DNA of 64,000 bases. Source: an uncultured Alphaproteobacteria bacterium (GTDB lineage Bacteria; Pseudomonadota; Alphaproteobacteria; Rs-D84). The stretch spans positions 248,617 through 312,616 of the forward strand of contig CANSHD010000001.1 of assembly GCA_947646585.1 (NCBI GenBank), given 5' to 3'. Position numbers and translations under genes: made by a program. Shown here piece by piece: positions 47,114 through 56,319 of the stretch. How positions within the stretch are numbered: the first letter of the stretch is position 1; every line of letters begins with the position of its first letter. The notes below the pieces were generated by a model that made no database searches, was not told the DNA's origin, and saw only the letters and a program-made list of their open reading frames with translations.

Positions 47114-47227
47114 GGTTGCGAATATATTGAATAAGCACGCAATTCATGTAAATTGTTATCAGCCTCCTGACCACCAAAATTTGGTGGTTTTTTGTTTCAC
47201 ACAAACAAAAACCAAGGAGGTTTGAAA

Positions 47228-47560
47228 ATGAAACGTCTTTTAGCCATCGGAGCTTTTCTTATCCCGATATCGGGGGCGGATGCGGCTTTTGTATTGTGTC
47301 AGGACTCGTCATCGTGCATTAAGCTCACAACAACGGCCAAGCCGTATTGCTGCAAATCGGGAACCGCAAAAACATGTCCGTACGGATGGATCGCATCGGG
47401 CAGCACATGCACACGTGCCAGCACCACAGGCAGCGATACATACGGATATTATACCCAGACATATGGCACCTGTGCCGCGACCGAGAAACAGTGCTACGAG
47501 GCCAGCAGCAACGGCTACAATTCAGATGGAACCGCATGTTTTAGGAGGGTAGATATATGA
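47228..47560 (+). CDS. secreted cysteine-rich protein (paralog family with 22261-22773 and 47557-47835)
   Basis: SD aaggagg 8 nt upstream; signal peptide MKRLLAIGAFLIPISGADA; 13 Cys, T/G/S/Y-rich; CC..G....C..G[YW] pattern shared with 22261 ORF. Confidence 0.55.
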   Translation: MKRLLAIGAFLIPISGADAAFVLCQDSSSCIKLTTTAKPYCCKSGTAKTCPYGWIASGSTCTRASTTGSDTYGYYTQTYGTCAATEKQCYEASSNGYNSDGTACFRRVDI

Positions 47561-47835
47561 AAAAGATAATCCTTGTCGCGGTCGTAGTGTCTGTAATGGC
47601 GCCACAGTGTTACGCGGCCTGTACGGCGAACGCAAAAACATACACCGCATGCAAGCCGGGATATTATTTGAATAGTGGCAAATGTACCCGCTGTCCATCC
47701 TCCGGCGGAACATATAGGACGACTGTTGATAATAACACCGGCGGCATAACGTCATGTTATATCCCGTCCGGAACGTCTTTTTCCGACACGTCCGGCGCCG
47801 GGACATATACCGGAGATTGTTATTATAAAAATTGA
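47557..47835 (+). CDS. secreted cysteine-rich ephrin-receptor-like repeat protein
   Basis: ATGA overlap with upstream ORF; signal peptide; CKPGYYLNSGKCTRCPSSGGTYRT..SCYIPSGT..CYYKN aligns with C-terminus of 22261 ORF. Confidence 0.6.
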   Translation: MKKIILVAVVVSVMAPQCYAACTANAKTYTACKPGYYLNSGKCTRCPSSGGTYRTTVDNNTGGITSCYIPSGTSFSDTSGAGTYTGDCYYKN

Positions 47836-47866
47836 ATCAAAGCCCCGACCGGGGCTTGATTTTATA
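47836..47866 (+). terminator. rho-independent terminator after the Cys-rich operon
   Basis: atcaaagccccgaccggggcttgatttt. Confidence 0.8.
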
Positions 47867-48023
47867 ACCTAATCATATATCCGCATGCCAGTATGGCGAT
47901 AACCGTTACCGCGAATACAACCCGGTTTGACGCCGACAATGTACAATGCGGTAAACAAAGGGCTGTTTTCCTTAGGCATATGTTTTTAGCTCTCTTATAG
48001 CATAAATCACGCTTTTTTCAAAT

Positions 48024-48058
48024 AAAAAAGGCCGGCGTTTGCCGGCCGGCTTTTTATT
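48024..48058. terminator. bidirectional terminator downstream of pheT
   Basis: aaaaaaggccggcgtttgccggccggctttttatttg. Confidence 0.75.
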
Positions 48059-50360
48059 TGTCGCGGATTTTTGCCCCGCATTTTTTCTCAACCGCAGAAA
48101 TCACGGCGTTCTGTATTTCCATTAAATCTGCATCCGTCATGTTTTTATCCGGGCAGATGGTGATGGTAAATGCAATTGATTTTTCATTTTGCGACAAATC
48201 GAATGCATCAAATACAACCGCGTCGGTGATAAGCCTGCTGGCCGACATCGCGGTGCCGACTATATTTGCCGCCGGTGTCGCGCTGTCCGTGATAAAGGCA
48301 AAATCACGCGTTATCGGTGGAAATTCCGCCGCCGGCGTATATTTGGCGATATGACGGGCTGGAATATTGTTTATATCGTCCACAATTGCCACACACACGC
48401 GCGTTTTTATGCGCAGCGCACGTGCGACAATCGGCGACAGTTCCCCGAACTCTGCGATGACTTTTTTGCCCTGCATGATGCGGCCGTATCTGTACGGGTG
48501 CGCCCATCGCGGCGCGTTGTCTGTCGCGACGGTAAAACGCTGGCCCGCCAACAGGGACACAATATCCGCCTTGACGTCGTATATGTCCACGCCACGCGTA
48601 CGCCCGGCCCAGTGACGCGGCCCGGTCATGCCCGTTCGTACCAACGTCATCGCCGTGCGCTGGGCGCCGGGGATGTCGCCGTCGAATACGGTGCCGACCT
48701 CGAACAGATTTAAATCGGGATATCCGCGTTTTTCGTTGTTGGACACCGCCATCAATAATCCGCCCAGCAAATCCCCGCGCGCCGTATCCAAATCGGACAC
48801 AATCGGGTTTGCAACCGGTACGGACCGGTGGTCGGTCAGCAGTTCTTCGGTTTTCGAGTTTCCAAAGGCATAGCTGCGGCATTCGTTTAACCCCCGCGCC
48901 GCCAACGCCCGCTTTATATCCAGCGCATGGTCCGCATGCGGCGCCACCGGATTGCACGGTCTGTGCGTGGCGGTCGCGGCGATTTTATCGTATCCGTAAA
49001 TGCGCGCGATATCGGCGATTACCGTTTCCGGAATCTCTATATCCACGCGGCGTACCGGCGGTGTTAATGCCCAGGCACCGCCGCGCACGGCAATGTCGTA
49101 CCCCAGGGATTTTAAAATGTTCATTTGCGTATCCGCCGGAACATCGATTCCCATTTTGCGGGCGAACATGTCGGGCGTGTATTTTATTTTTATATCGCGC
49201 ACTGGGTTCTTGCCGGACGTTGTTGCGCCGACGATGTCGCCGCCGCATACGGACGTGATTATCCGCGCCGCCGTGGCCAGTGCAGGGCCGGTCAGCGTCG
49301 GGTCTATTCCGCGTTCATAGCGGTATGATGCATCTGTGGAAATCCCGGCACGCTTTGCGCTTTTGCGGACCGATACCGGGTCAAAATACGCACTTTCCAG
49401 CAGGATATTTTTTGTCGCGTCCGTCGTCATGCCGCGTGCGCCGCCGACAACACCCGCCAATGCCAAAATACCCGCATCGTCCGCGATGACAATGTCGGCC
49501 GTCGTTAATTTATGGGCCGTCCCGAACAGGTCGGTAAATTCTTCGCTCTCTGTGGCCATGCGTACGGTTATGTCGCCCACGATTTCATCTGCATCGAAAC
49601 AGTGCATAGGCTGGCCCATGTCAAAGCAGACATAATTTGTCGCGTCAATCGGCGCGTTTTTAGGGTTGATTCCAATCGCGCGCAGACGACGTGCAATCAC
49701 GTCATTGGACGCGGCCATTTTTATCCCGCGAATCTCCATTAAACGGTAAACCGGGCACTTTTCAGTCAAAATGTTCACGCCGCGTGACGCCGGGCACTCG
49801 GGCAGGGCGGGCGCGTCATGCGACGTGTATTCGCCGATGCCGGCCGCCGCCAGGTCTTGCGCAATGCCGCGCACCGCCAGATAGTCCGGACGGTTCGGTG
49901 TAATTCCGGCTTCAAATACAGTCTCTGTCGACATTACAGGTGCACCGATAACAGTGTCCGCCGGCAATTCGATAATGCCGTCATGATTGTCAGATATCCC
50001 CAGCTCTTTTTCGCTGCACATCATGCCGTTGGACATTACGCCGCGCAGTTTGCCGCTTTGTATTTCATGCCCGTCAATTACACATCCCGGCAGGGCCAGC
50101 GCCGATATCAGTCCCACACGTGCATTGGGTGCGCCGCATACAACCTGGCGCGGTGCGCCGCGGCCGTCGTTTACCTGTAAAATGTGCAGATGGTCGCTGC
50201 CCGGCAACGGTTCGCATTCAATAATCTGGGCCGCAATCGGGGTAACGGGTGCAAATACATCGTCGATTTCCAAGCCTGTCCGCGTCAGCGTGTCCGCAAT
50301 CGCATCCGCCGTCGCATCGGTTTTCAGATAGTCTTTTAACCAATCATATGTCCATTTCAT
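48054..50360 (-). CDS. pheT: phenylalanyl-tRNA synthetase beta subunit
   Basis: N-terminal tRNA-binding OB domain, B3/4, B5, FDX-ACB C-terminal domain; 768 aa. Confidence 0.95.
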   Translation of the reverse strand: MKWTYDWLKDYLKTDATADAIADTLTRTGLEIDDVFAPVTPIAAQIIECEPLPGSDHLHILQVNDGRGAPRQVVCGAPNARVGLISALALPGCVIDGHEIQSGKLRGVMSNGMMCSEKELGISDNHDGIIELPADTVIGAPVMSTETVFEAGITPNRPDYLAVRGIAQDLAAAGIGEYTSHDAPALPECPASRGVNILTEKCPVYRLMEIRGIKMAASNDVIARRLRAIGINPKNAPIDATNYVCFDMGQPMHCFDADEIVGDITVRMATESEEFTDLFGTAHKLTTADIVIADDAGILALAGVVGGARGMTTDATKNILLESAYFDPVSVRKSAKRAGISTDASYRYERGIDPTLTGPALATAARIITSVCGGDIVGATTSGKNPVRDIKIKYTPDMFARKMGIDVPADTQMNILKSLGYDIAVRGGAWALTPPVRRVDIEIPETVIADIARIYGYDKIAATATHRPCNPVAPHADHALDIKRALAARGLNECRSYAFGNSKTEELLTDHRSVPVANPIVSDLDTARGDLLGGLLMAVSNNEKRGYPDLNLFEVGTVFDGDIPGAQRTAMTLVRTGMTGPRHWAGRTRGVDIYDVKADIVSLLAGQRFTVATDNAPRWAHPYRYGRIMQGKKVIAEFGELSPIVARALRIKTRVCVAIVDDINNIPARHIAKYTPAAEFPPITRDFAFITDSATPAANIVGTAMSASRLITDAVVFDAFDLSQNEKSIAFTITICPDKNMTDADLMEIQNAVISAVEKKCGAKIRDK

Positions 50361-50376
50361 TTTTTATTTCCCCGCA

Positions 50377-51324
50377 TTAAAATCCATACCGGCGCAGCCA
50401 GCGCACATCATTGCCATATAATTCACGCAAATCAGGCAGGCCGTATTTCAGCATGGCCAGTCTGTCCCATCCGAAACCGAATGCAAAGCCCTGGTATTCG
50501 TCCGGATTTACGCCACAGTTGCGCAACACGTTCGGGTGCACCATTCCGGCCCCCATGATTTCCAGCCATTTGTCGCCCCGGAATTTCATGTCTATTTCAA
50601 TACTGGGGTCGGTAAACGGAAAGTACGACGGGCGGATGCGCAGCTCCACATTGTCAACTTCGAAAAAGCGGGCCAGAAACGCGCGAATGTCGCCGATTAA
50701 ATCCGACATGGTGACATTGCGGTCAATGTAGAGCCCCTCTATCTGGCCGAACATGGGGCCGTGCGTGGCGTCCATTTCCTTGCGGTATGTGGCACCGACG
50801 CCGAACATTTTAATCGGCACGCCGTTTTCTTCCATGGCGCGAATCTGTATCGCCGAAGTCTGGGTGCGCAGGACATTGCCGTTCGGTAAAAAGAACGTGT
50901 CCTGCATGTCGCGGGCCGGATGGTGCGCCGGTGTGTTCAGCGCGGTAAAGTTATGCCAGTCGTCTTCAACCTCAGGTCCCGTGTGCATTGTGTATCCGAA
51001 TGATTCCAGAATACCTGATACCTCAGCCAGCGCCTGTGACAGCGGGTGGATTGTTCCCTTGTTTTCCGGTGCCGCGTCCAAGGTCGGGTCCAGTCTTTCT
51101 CCCGCCAATTTTTCCATCAGTGCAGCATTTTCCAATTCCGCCTGGCGCGTCTTGAACAATTCACGCAGGGTCGTGTTTTCCGTGTTCAGTGCCGCGCGCG
51201 CGTCGTTATCCAGATTTTTCATTTCCTTTAAGCGCGCCGTCATCGTGCCGTTTTTGCCAAACACGGACGCGTATAATGCCTGCAACTCTTCCAATGAATT
51301 TATGTTTTTTATCTGTTCTTGCAT
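50377..51324 (-). CDS. pheS: phenylalanyl-tRNA synthetase alpha subunit
   Basis: class II motifs ..FPFTDPSIEIDM.., GAGMVHPNVL..GFAFGFGWDRLAML. Confidence 0.95.
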   Translation of the reverse strand: MQEQIKNINSLEELQALYASVFGKNGTMTARLKEMKNLDNDARAALNTENTTLRELFKTRQAELENAALMEKLAGERLDPTLDAAPENKGTIHPLSQALAEVSGILESFGYTMHTGPEVEDDWHNFTALNTPAHHPARDMQDTFFLPNGNVLRTQTSAIQIRAMEENGVPIKMFGVGATYRKEMDATHGPMFGQIEGLYIDRNVTMSDLIGDIRAFLARFFEVDNVELRIRPSYFPFTDPSIEIDMKFRGDKWLEIMGAGMVHPNVLRNCGVNPDEYQGFAFGFGWDRLAMLKYGLPDLRELYGNDVRWLRRYGF

Positions 51325-51401
51325 AACTTTTCCTTAAAATGAATAAAAGCCGTCGCTTGGACGGCTTTTATTATGACAAAACAATCAACCACCGCCAAGC
51401 G

Positions 51402-51770
51402 TTATTTGGATTCGGCGCTGTTAAATCGTTTTGCGGTTTCAACCAATTTTGCAAAGTTTGCATCCGCACTATAGGCCATTTCCGCCAGAACCTTGCGGTC
51501 CAGGGCAACGCCCGCCTTTTTGAGCCCCGCCATAAACTGGCTGTAGCTGATGCCGTTCATGCGGCATGCGGCGTTGATGCGTACAATCCACAAACCGCGG
51601 AATTCGCGCTTTTTAACGCGACGGTCGCGATATGCGTACTGACCTGCTTTCTCGGTCTTTTCACGCGCGGCGCGGTATGTCGAATGATGACGGCCCAGGT
51701 AACCCTTGGCACGCGCCAATATTTTGCTGTGTTTCTGTTTTACGGTTGTTCCGCGTTTTACTCTTGCCAT
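51402..51770 (-). CDS. rplT: 50S ribosomal protein L20
   Basis: [24 protein letters not shown].. Confidence 0.95.
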   Translation of the reverse strand: MARVKRGTTVKQKHSKILARAKGYLGRHHSTYRAAREKTEKAGQYAYRDRRVKKREFRGLWIVRINAACRMNGISYSQFMAGLKKAGVALDRKVLAEMAYSADANFAKLVETAKRFNSAESK

Positions 51771-51786
51771 TTTGTGTTACCCCCAA

Positions 51787-51990
51787 TTATTTCAAACCAT
51801 ACGGGGCCAAGATTTTCGCCTGACCAACCATGTTTTCATTCAGATACTGCGGCTTGGACCCGGCGTTGTTTGCACGCGCGGATTTTTTGCGTAACAGTTT
51901 CTTGTGGGCGTTTCTGGCAACACGGATTTTGCCGGTTGCAGTCATGGATGCGCGCTTTTTCAAGTACGACTTTGTTTTCAGTTTTGGCAT
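51787..51990 (-). CDS. rpmI: 50S ribosomal protein L35
   Basis: MPKLKTKSYLKKRASMTATGKIRVARNAHKKLL; start at internal MPKLKT. Confidence 0.9.
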   Translation of the reverse strand: MPKLKTKSYLKKRASMTATGKIRVARNAHKKLLRKKSARANNAGSKPQYLNENMVGQAKILAPYGLK

Positions 51991-52125
51991 TTTACTATCC
52001 TTTTTACTTTTTCCTGGTGGCAATGCCTTGCCACTTTGGATATGCGGGGCTATTCTGACACAATTAAACGAAAAATCAAGTTTTTATTGAATGTTGCCTT
52101 TTTAAAGGGTAAAGTGTGCCCCGAC

Positions 52126-52962
52126 ATGAATCAAAAAAAACTGACATCGCGTGTATATTCGGTCGCAAAGGCGGCCGCCGCAGCGGCAGTATTGCCGGTA
52201 TTTTTCATATATATTATGGTTGCCAAGCCCGATTACCGCATCATGAATGCCGCGGCCCATGTGGTGCTGCCCGTGGCGGGCGTGGTCGGCGACGTGATAA
52301 CATGGCCGTTTCGTGCCGTGAGTGGCGTGGTCGCCAATGTGCGGGAGCTGTCGGGTCTGCGTCGTGAAAACGCCATGCTGCGTGAGGAGCTCGACGCCAT
52401 GCGCCTGCGCGGCGGCGAATGTGACGTCGCCATTGCGGAGGTTCAGAAATTATCGCGCGAACTGGACATCGTCCGCGCAACCCCGTCGTCCGTTGCGGCC
52501 GACGTCGTGCATGATAATGCTGCCCTGCATCACAATACCTATATGATATCCAAGGGCGCGCGCGACGGCATAGAACCGGGCCAGGTTGCGGTGACGTTTG
52601 ACGGAATGCTGGCGGGGGTCGTGATTGACGCGGCGCCGGGCTTTGCGCGCGTGCGTGCGCTGACCGATGCGGATACGAATATCGCGGTGCGCGTCGTCGG
52701 GTCCGAGGTGTATGGTTTTATGCGCGGCACGGGCGGCCGCCGCCCGGTCATGGGATTTTTCAGCGACCCCGAATTTCAGCCGACCGCCGGAATCAAACTG
52801 GTCACCAGCGGCATCAGCGGCGTCCTGCCCGAAGGGATAATGGTCGGCACCATGGAGAACGAGTCTGATGTGCGGATAAAGTCGCCCGGCGATTTAAGCC
52901 GCGTGATGATATTAAAGTTTGGCGCCGCGGGGCGGTATTCCGATGGACAGAAAGATAATTGA
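52126..52962 (+). CDS. mreC: rod-shape-determining protein MreC
   Basis: N-terminal TM, coiled coil (LRRENAMLREELDAMR), beta-rich periplasmic domain; start at MNQKKLT. Confidence 0.8.
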   Translation: MNQKKLTSRVYSVAKAAAAAAVLPVFFIYIMVAKPDYRIMNAAAHVVLPVAGVVGDVITWPFRAVSGVVANVRELSGLRRENAMLREELDAMRLRGGECDVAIAEVQKLSRELDIVRATPSSVAADVVHDNAALHHNTYMISKGARDGIEPGQVAVTFDGMLAGVVIDAAPGFARVRALTDADTNIAVRVVGSEVYGFMRGTGGRRPVMGFFSDPEFQPTAGIKLVTSGISGVLPEGIMVGTMENESDVRIKSPGDLSRVMILKFGAAGRYSDGQKDN

Positions 52963-53401
52963 TTTTTTTCGCGCGGCCTTTCCGTTCGCTCTGACGCTGT
53001 TTTTATGGCGCGGGGCGTTGGGGTGGATAAATCCGGCGGGGCTGCTGGCGCTGGTGCCGGTGTTTTTCTGTACGTTCATCCGCCCGACGCCGTGGTTTGT
53101 GCCGTTCGGTGTCGTTATGTGCTTTCTGGTGGATTATCGCGCGGACACAATGCTGTTCTGGACGTCGGTTTATTGCCTGTGCTATGCGGTGTACGGTTTT
53201 CAAAACGTTGTCGATTTGACGCGCGCGGACAATGACGGCATCGCCGTGTTCGTATTGTTCTTTGGCGGGGGGGCGCTGGTTTTGTCCCTGCCGCATTTTG
53301 TTAATTTTACAAACGTTTTTCGTTTGGTTTGGACCGTCGCATGGGAATGCGCAATGTATCTGCCGATTGCATGGCTGTTAAAAAGGGTCGCCCATGATTG
53401 A
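52943..53401 (+). CDS. mreD: rod-shape-determining protein MreD
   Basis: small polytopic membrane protein between mreC and mrdA; 4-5 TM. Confidence 0.65.
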   Translation: MDRKIIDFFRAAFPFALTLFLWRGALGWINPAGLLALVPVFFCTFIRPTPWFVPFGVVMCFLVDYRADTMLFWTSVYCLCYAVYGFQNVVDLTRADNDGIAVFVLFFGGGALVLSLPHFVNFTNVFRLVWTVAWECAMYLPIAWLLKRVAHD

Positions 53402-55169
53402 TACCGAGGTTTCACGTCTTTTCGACCGCCGGTCCGCATTGTTTTTTTCCGCGGGCGCCATACTGACGTCGGTGCTTGTGCTGCGCATGCTGCAGATGCA
53501 GGTGTTTTCTTATCGCGAGTACAAACGCAAGAGCGAGAACAATTCTTTTCGCATTCAGATAAACATGCCCGAACGCGGCAAGATTTTATCTGCATCCGGC
53601 ACGCCAATTTCGCGTGACGCGCGCGTCTACAGAATATATATCGTGCCGGAGGAAACGGACGATTTGGATGGGTTGCTCTCGATTGTCTCGGCGGATTTGT
53701 CGTTAAGCGCAAAGGCGTTGAAGCGAATTCGCACGCGCATAAAAAAGCAGCAGAAGTTTCAGCCCGTGCTTGTCAGTGAAAATACCGACTGGACGCGTCT
53801 GGCGGGTCTGCAGGCGAAAAATCTGCCGGGGCTGCATGTTGAAAACGGATTTGCGCGCGTTTATGAAATGGGGCCTGCCGGCGCCCAGATTTTCGGATAT
53901 GTCGGCGCCCCGGACAAGCCTGTGGCAGGCGCGCCGTTCTTTACCGCAGGTGTTACGGGGCTGGAGCGGCGGTTTAACGACGCCCTGGCCGGGCGCCCCG
54001 GCCAGACGGTGATGATAACCAACGCCGTCGGTCGCGTAACGGGCGAGGACAAGTCCCAGTACGAGGCGCCCGTTGTCGGCGACAATGTTCCGACCACCAT
54101 CAATGACGCGGCGCAGCGCGCGCTGTATGACGCACTGGAATCGCATCGTGCCGGGTGCGGCGTGGCATTGGATATAGAAACGGGCGACGTTCTGGCGATG
54201 GTTTCCACCCCCAGCTTTGACCCGAATATTTTCAGTGCGGACGACGCCGACGAATATATTGCGGGCCTGCGTGCGGATTTTGCAAAGCCGTTTATGAACA
54301 AGCCGCTGGAGGGGTTGTATCCCCCGGGCTCTACGTTTAAGATAATCGTCGCACTGGCCGCGTTAGAGGCCGGCGCCATTTCCCCAAAAGACAAAGTGTT
54401 TTGCCCGGGTTACTGGGATTACGGCGACCGCCGCTATCACTGCTGGGAGGCAAAGGGTCATGGCCACGTTGATTTAGCCGGCGCGCTTAAACATTCCTGT
54501 GACATTTATTTTTATCAGCTGGCGCTGAAAATCGGAATTGACGCGATTAAATCCATGGCGCTGAAACTGGGGCTATCTCAGGAATACTTGTCGGATATTT
54601 TTGCGCGCCAGATGACGGGCGTTATCCCGGACCGAAAGTGGAAGGAAAAAAATGTCGGCGTTCGCTGGGTTCACGGCGACACGGTAATATCCGGCATCGG
54701 CCAGGGGTTTATTTTGACAAACTGCATGCAGTTGGCCGTCATGATGGCGCGCGTCGCATCAAATCGCGAGGTGTCGCCCCGCCTGATAAAGGTGGACGCA
54801 CGGCCGTCTTTCCCGTCGCTGGGGCTGCAGAAACAAAATATCGAATACGTGTTCCGCGGCCTGGAAGAGGTGACGCGTCCCGGCGGTACGGCGTCCGGTT
54901 CCGCGATAAATGTGGCGGGGAAAAAAATGGGCGGTAAAACCGGCACCTCTCAGGTGCGCAGCATTTCCAAGGCCGAGCGCCTATCCGGCGTTCTGACCAA
55001 CGACCAGTTGAAATGGAACATGCGCAACCATGGTCTGTTTGTGGGCTATGCGCCGACGGACAATCCGAAATACGCGGTATGCGTCGTGACCGAGCACAGC
55101 GGCGGCAGCGGTCCCGCCGCCCGCAGCGCCGCCGCCGTAATGCGTACGTTGTTAAAGGGGGAAAAATAA
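53394..55169 (+). CDS. mrdA: penicillin-binding protein 2 (peptidoglycan D,D-transpeptidase MrdA)
   Basis: SxxK STFK, SxN-like and KTGT (GKTGTSQV) transpeptidase motifs; N-terminal TM. Confidence 0.9.
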   Translation: MIDTEVSRLFDRRSALFFSAGAILTSVLVLRMLQMQVFSYREYKRKSENNSFRIQINMPERGKILSASGTPISRDARVYRIYIVPEETDDLDGLLSIVSADLSLSAKALKRIRTRIKKQQKFQPVLVSENTDWTRLAGLQAKNLPGLHVENGFARVYEMGPAGAQIFGYVGAPDKPVAGAPFFTAGVTGLERRFNDALAGRPGQTVMITNAVGRVTGEDKSQYEAPVVGDNVPTTINDAAQRALYDALESHRAGCGVALDIETGDVLAMVSTPSFDPNIFSADDADEYIAGLRADFAKPFMNKPLEGLYPPGSTFKIIVALAALEAGAISPKDKVFCPGYWDYGDRRYHCWEAKGHGHVDLAGALKHSCDIYFYQLALKIGIDAIKSMALKLGLSQEYLSDIFARQMTGVIPDRKWKEKNVGVRWVHGDTVISGIGQGFILTNCMQLAVMMARVASNREVSPRLIKVDARPSFPSLGLQKQNIEYVFRGLEEVTRPGGTASGSAINVAGKKMGGKTGTSQVRSISKAERLSGVLTNDQLKWNMRNHGLFVGYAPTDNPKYAVCVVTEHSGGSGPAARSAAAVMRTLLKGEK

Positions 55170-55170
55170 C

Positions 55171-56316
55171 ATGGCACGCCAGACACGCGTTTCAAATGCG
55201 TCGATGATGACGTTCTCTGAAAAGCTGGAGCGCTTTTCATGGGCGCTGTTCGTGCCAATGTGTATTGTCCTGGCGATATCCATTGTCGTTTTGTATTCGG
55301 CCGGCCACGGCGCATGGCAACCGTTCGCCCTGTCCCAGGCGGCAAAGATTATGGTCGGATTCGTGATATTTTTCATCGCCGCGTTTTCCAATATCAAAAC
55401 ATGGATTAAGTCCGCGTATGTTATATATGCCGTTGCGCTGATAATGATAATATTGGTTACCTTTGTCGGGCATACCGGCATGGGGGCGCAAAGATGGTTG
55501 AATCTTGGCTTTGTTCATATCCAGCCGTCGGAGTTGATAAAGATTGCGCTGGTTCTGGCGCTGGCGCGTTATTTTGCGTGGATGAATTCGGTCGAACTGT
55601 CCCAGTTTAAAAATTACATAATTCCGGCGGCGATGCTGCTGGTGCCGTTCGGCTTGATTGTGGCGCAGCCTGACTTGGGGACGGCGCTGTCGCTGGCGAT
55701 GATTACGACGGGCGTGTTCTATATCGTGGGCGCAAATAAAAAGTGGTTTGTTATCGGCGCCGTTTTGGCGCTGTGCGCGGCGCCGGTTGTATGGTACGGC
55801 GGCCTGCACGATTACCAGCGCCAGCGTATCATAACATTCGTCAATCCCGACTATGACGCGCGCGGCGCAGGCTACCAGATAAACCAGGCAAAAATCGCAT
55901 TCGGCAGCGGCGGCCTTATCGGCAAGGGATACATGAAGGGCAGTCAGTCGCAGCAGTCTTTCCTGCCGGAAAAGCAGACAGACTTTATATTCACCATGCT
56001 GGGTGAAGAGTTCGGATTTCTGGGTGCGTTTGGTTTAATCGGCCTTTACAGCATGATAATCATGGTCCTGTTCTGGTGCGCAAAAACATGCAGGAACAGA
56101 TTCGGCCAGCTGATTTGCTTTGGTTTTATGTTGAACTTTTTCATTTATTATTTTATAAATATTTCCATGGTTCTGGGGCTGATGCCGACGGTGGGTGTGC
56201 CGCTGCCTTTGATGTCTTTTGGCGGCAGCAGTCTTATCGCGCTTATGTTTGGATTCGGTCTGGCCCAGAATGCGCATATTCACAAAGACCAGCAATTGTC
56301 TGCAAAGGGAAGCTGA
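55171..56316 (+). CDS. rodA: peptidoglycan glycosyltransferase RodA (SEDS family)
   Basis: 10-TM SEDS protein immediately after mrdA; ..GQSQQSFLPEKQTDFIFTMLGEEFGFLG.. Confidence 0.9.
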   Translation: MARQTRVSNASMMTFSEKLERFSWALFVPMCIVLAISIVVLYSAGHGAWQPFALSQAAKIMVGFVIFFIAAFSNIKTWIKSAYVIYAVALIMIILVTFVGHTGMGAQRWLNLGFVHIQPSELIKIALVLALARYFAWMNSVELSQFKNYIIPAAMLLVPFGLIVAQPDLGTALSLAMITTGVFYIVGANKKWFVIGAVLALCAAPVVWYGGLHDYQRQRIITFVNPDYDARGAGYQINQAKIAFGSGGLIGKGYMKGSQSQQSFLPEKQTDFIFTMLGEEFGFLGAFGLIGLYSMIIMVLFWCAKTCRNRFGQLICFGFMLNFFIYYFINISMVLGLMPTVGVPLPLMSFGGSSLIALMFGFGLAQNAHIHKDQQLSAKGS

Positions 56317-56319
56317 AAA

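Noticed and set aside
46869-47225. 118-aa ORF overlapping the nth 3' end and the Cys-rich operon leader
   Set aside because: Overlaps nth in another frame and runs through a terminator and a perfect palindrome; no SD; treated as non-coding
47876-47990. 37-codon minus-strand ORF (MPKENSPLFTALYIVGV..) in the gap between the Cys-rich operon and pheT terminator
   Set aside because: Below ORF-track threshold, weak SD, no conservation evidence available; not reported as a gene
51325-51401. Searched for a pheM-like Phe-rich leader peptide upstream of pheS
   Set aside because: No ATG/GTG-initiated Phe-rich ORF fits in the 77-nt gap
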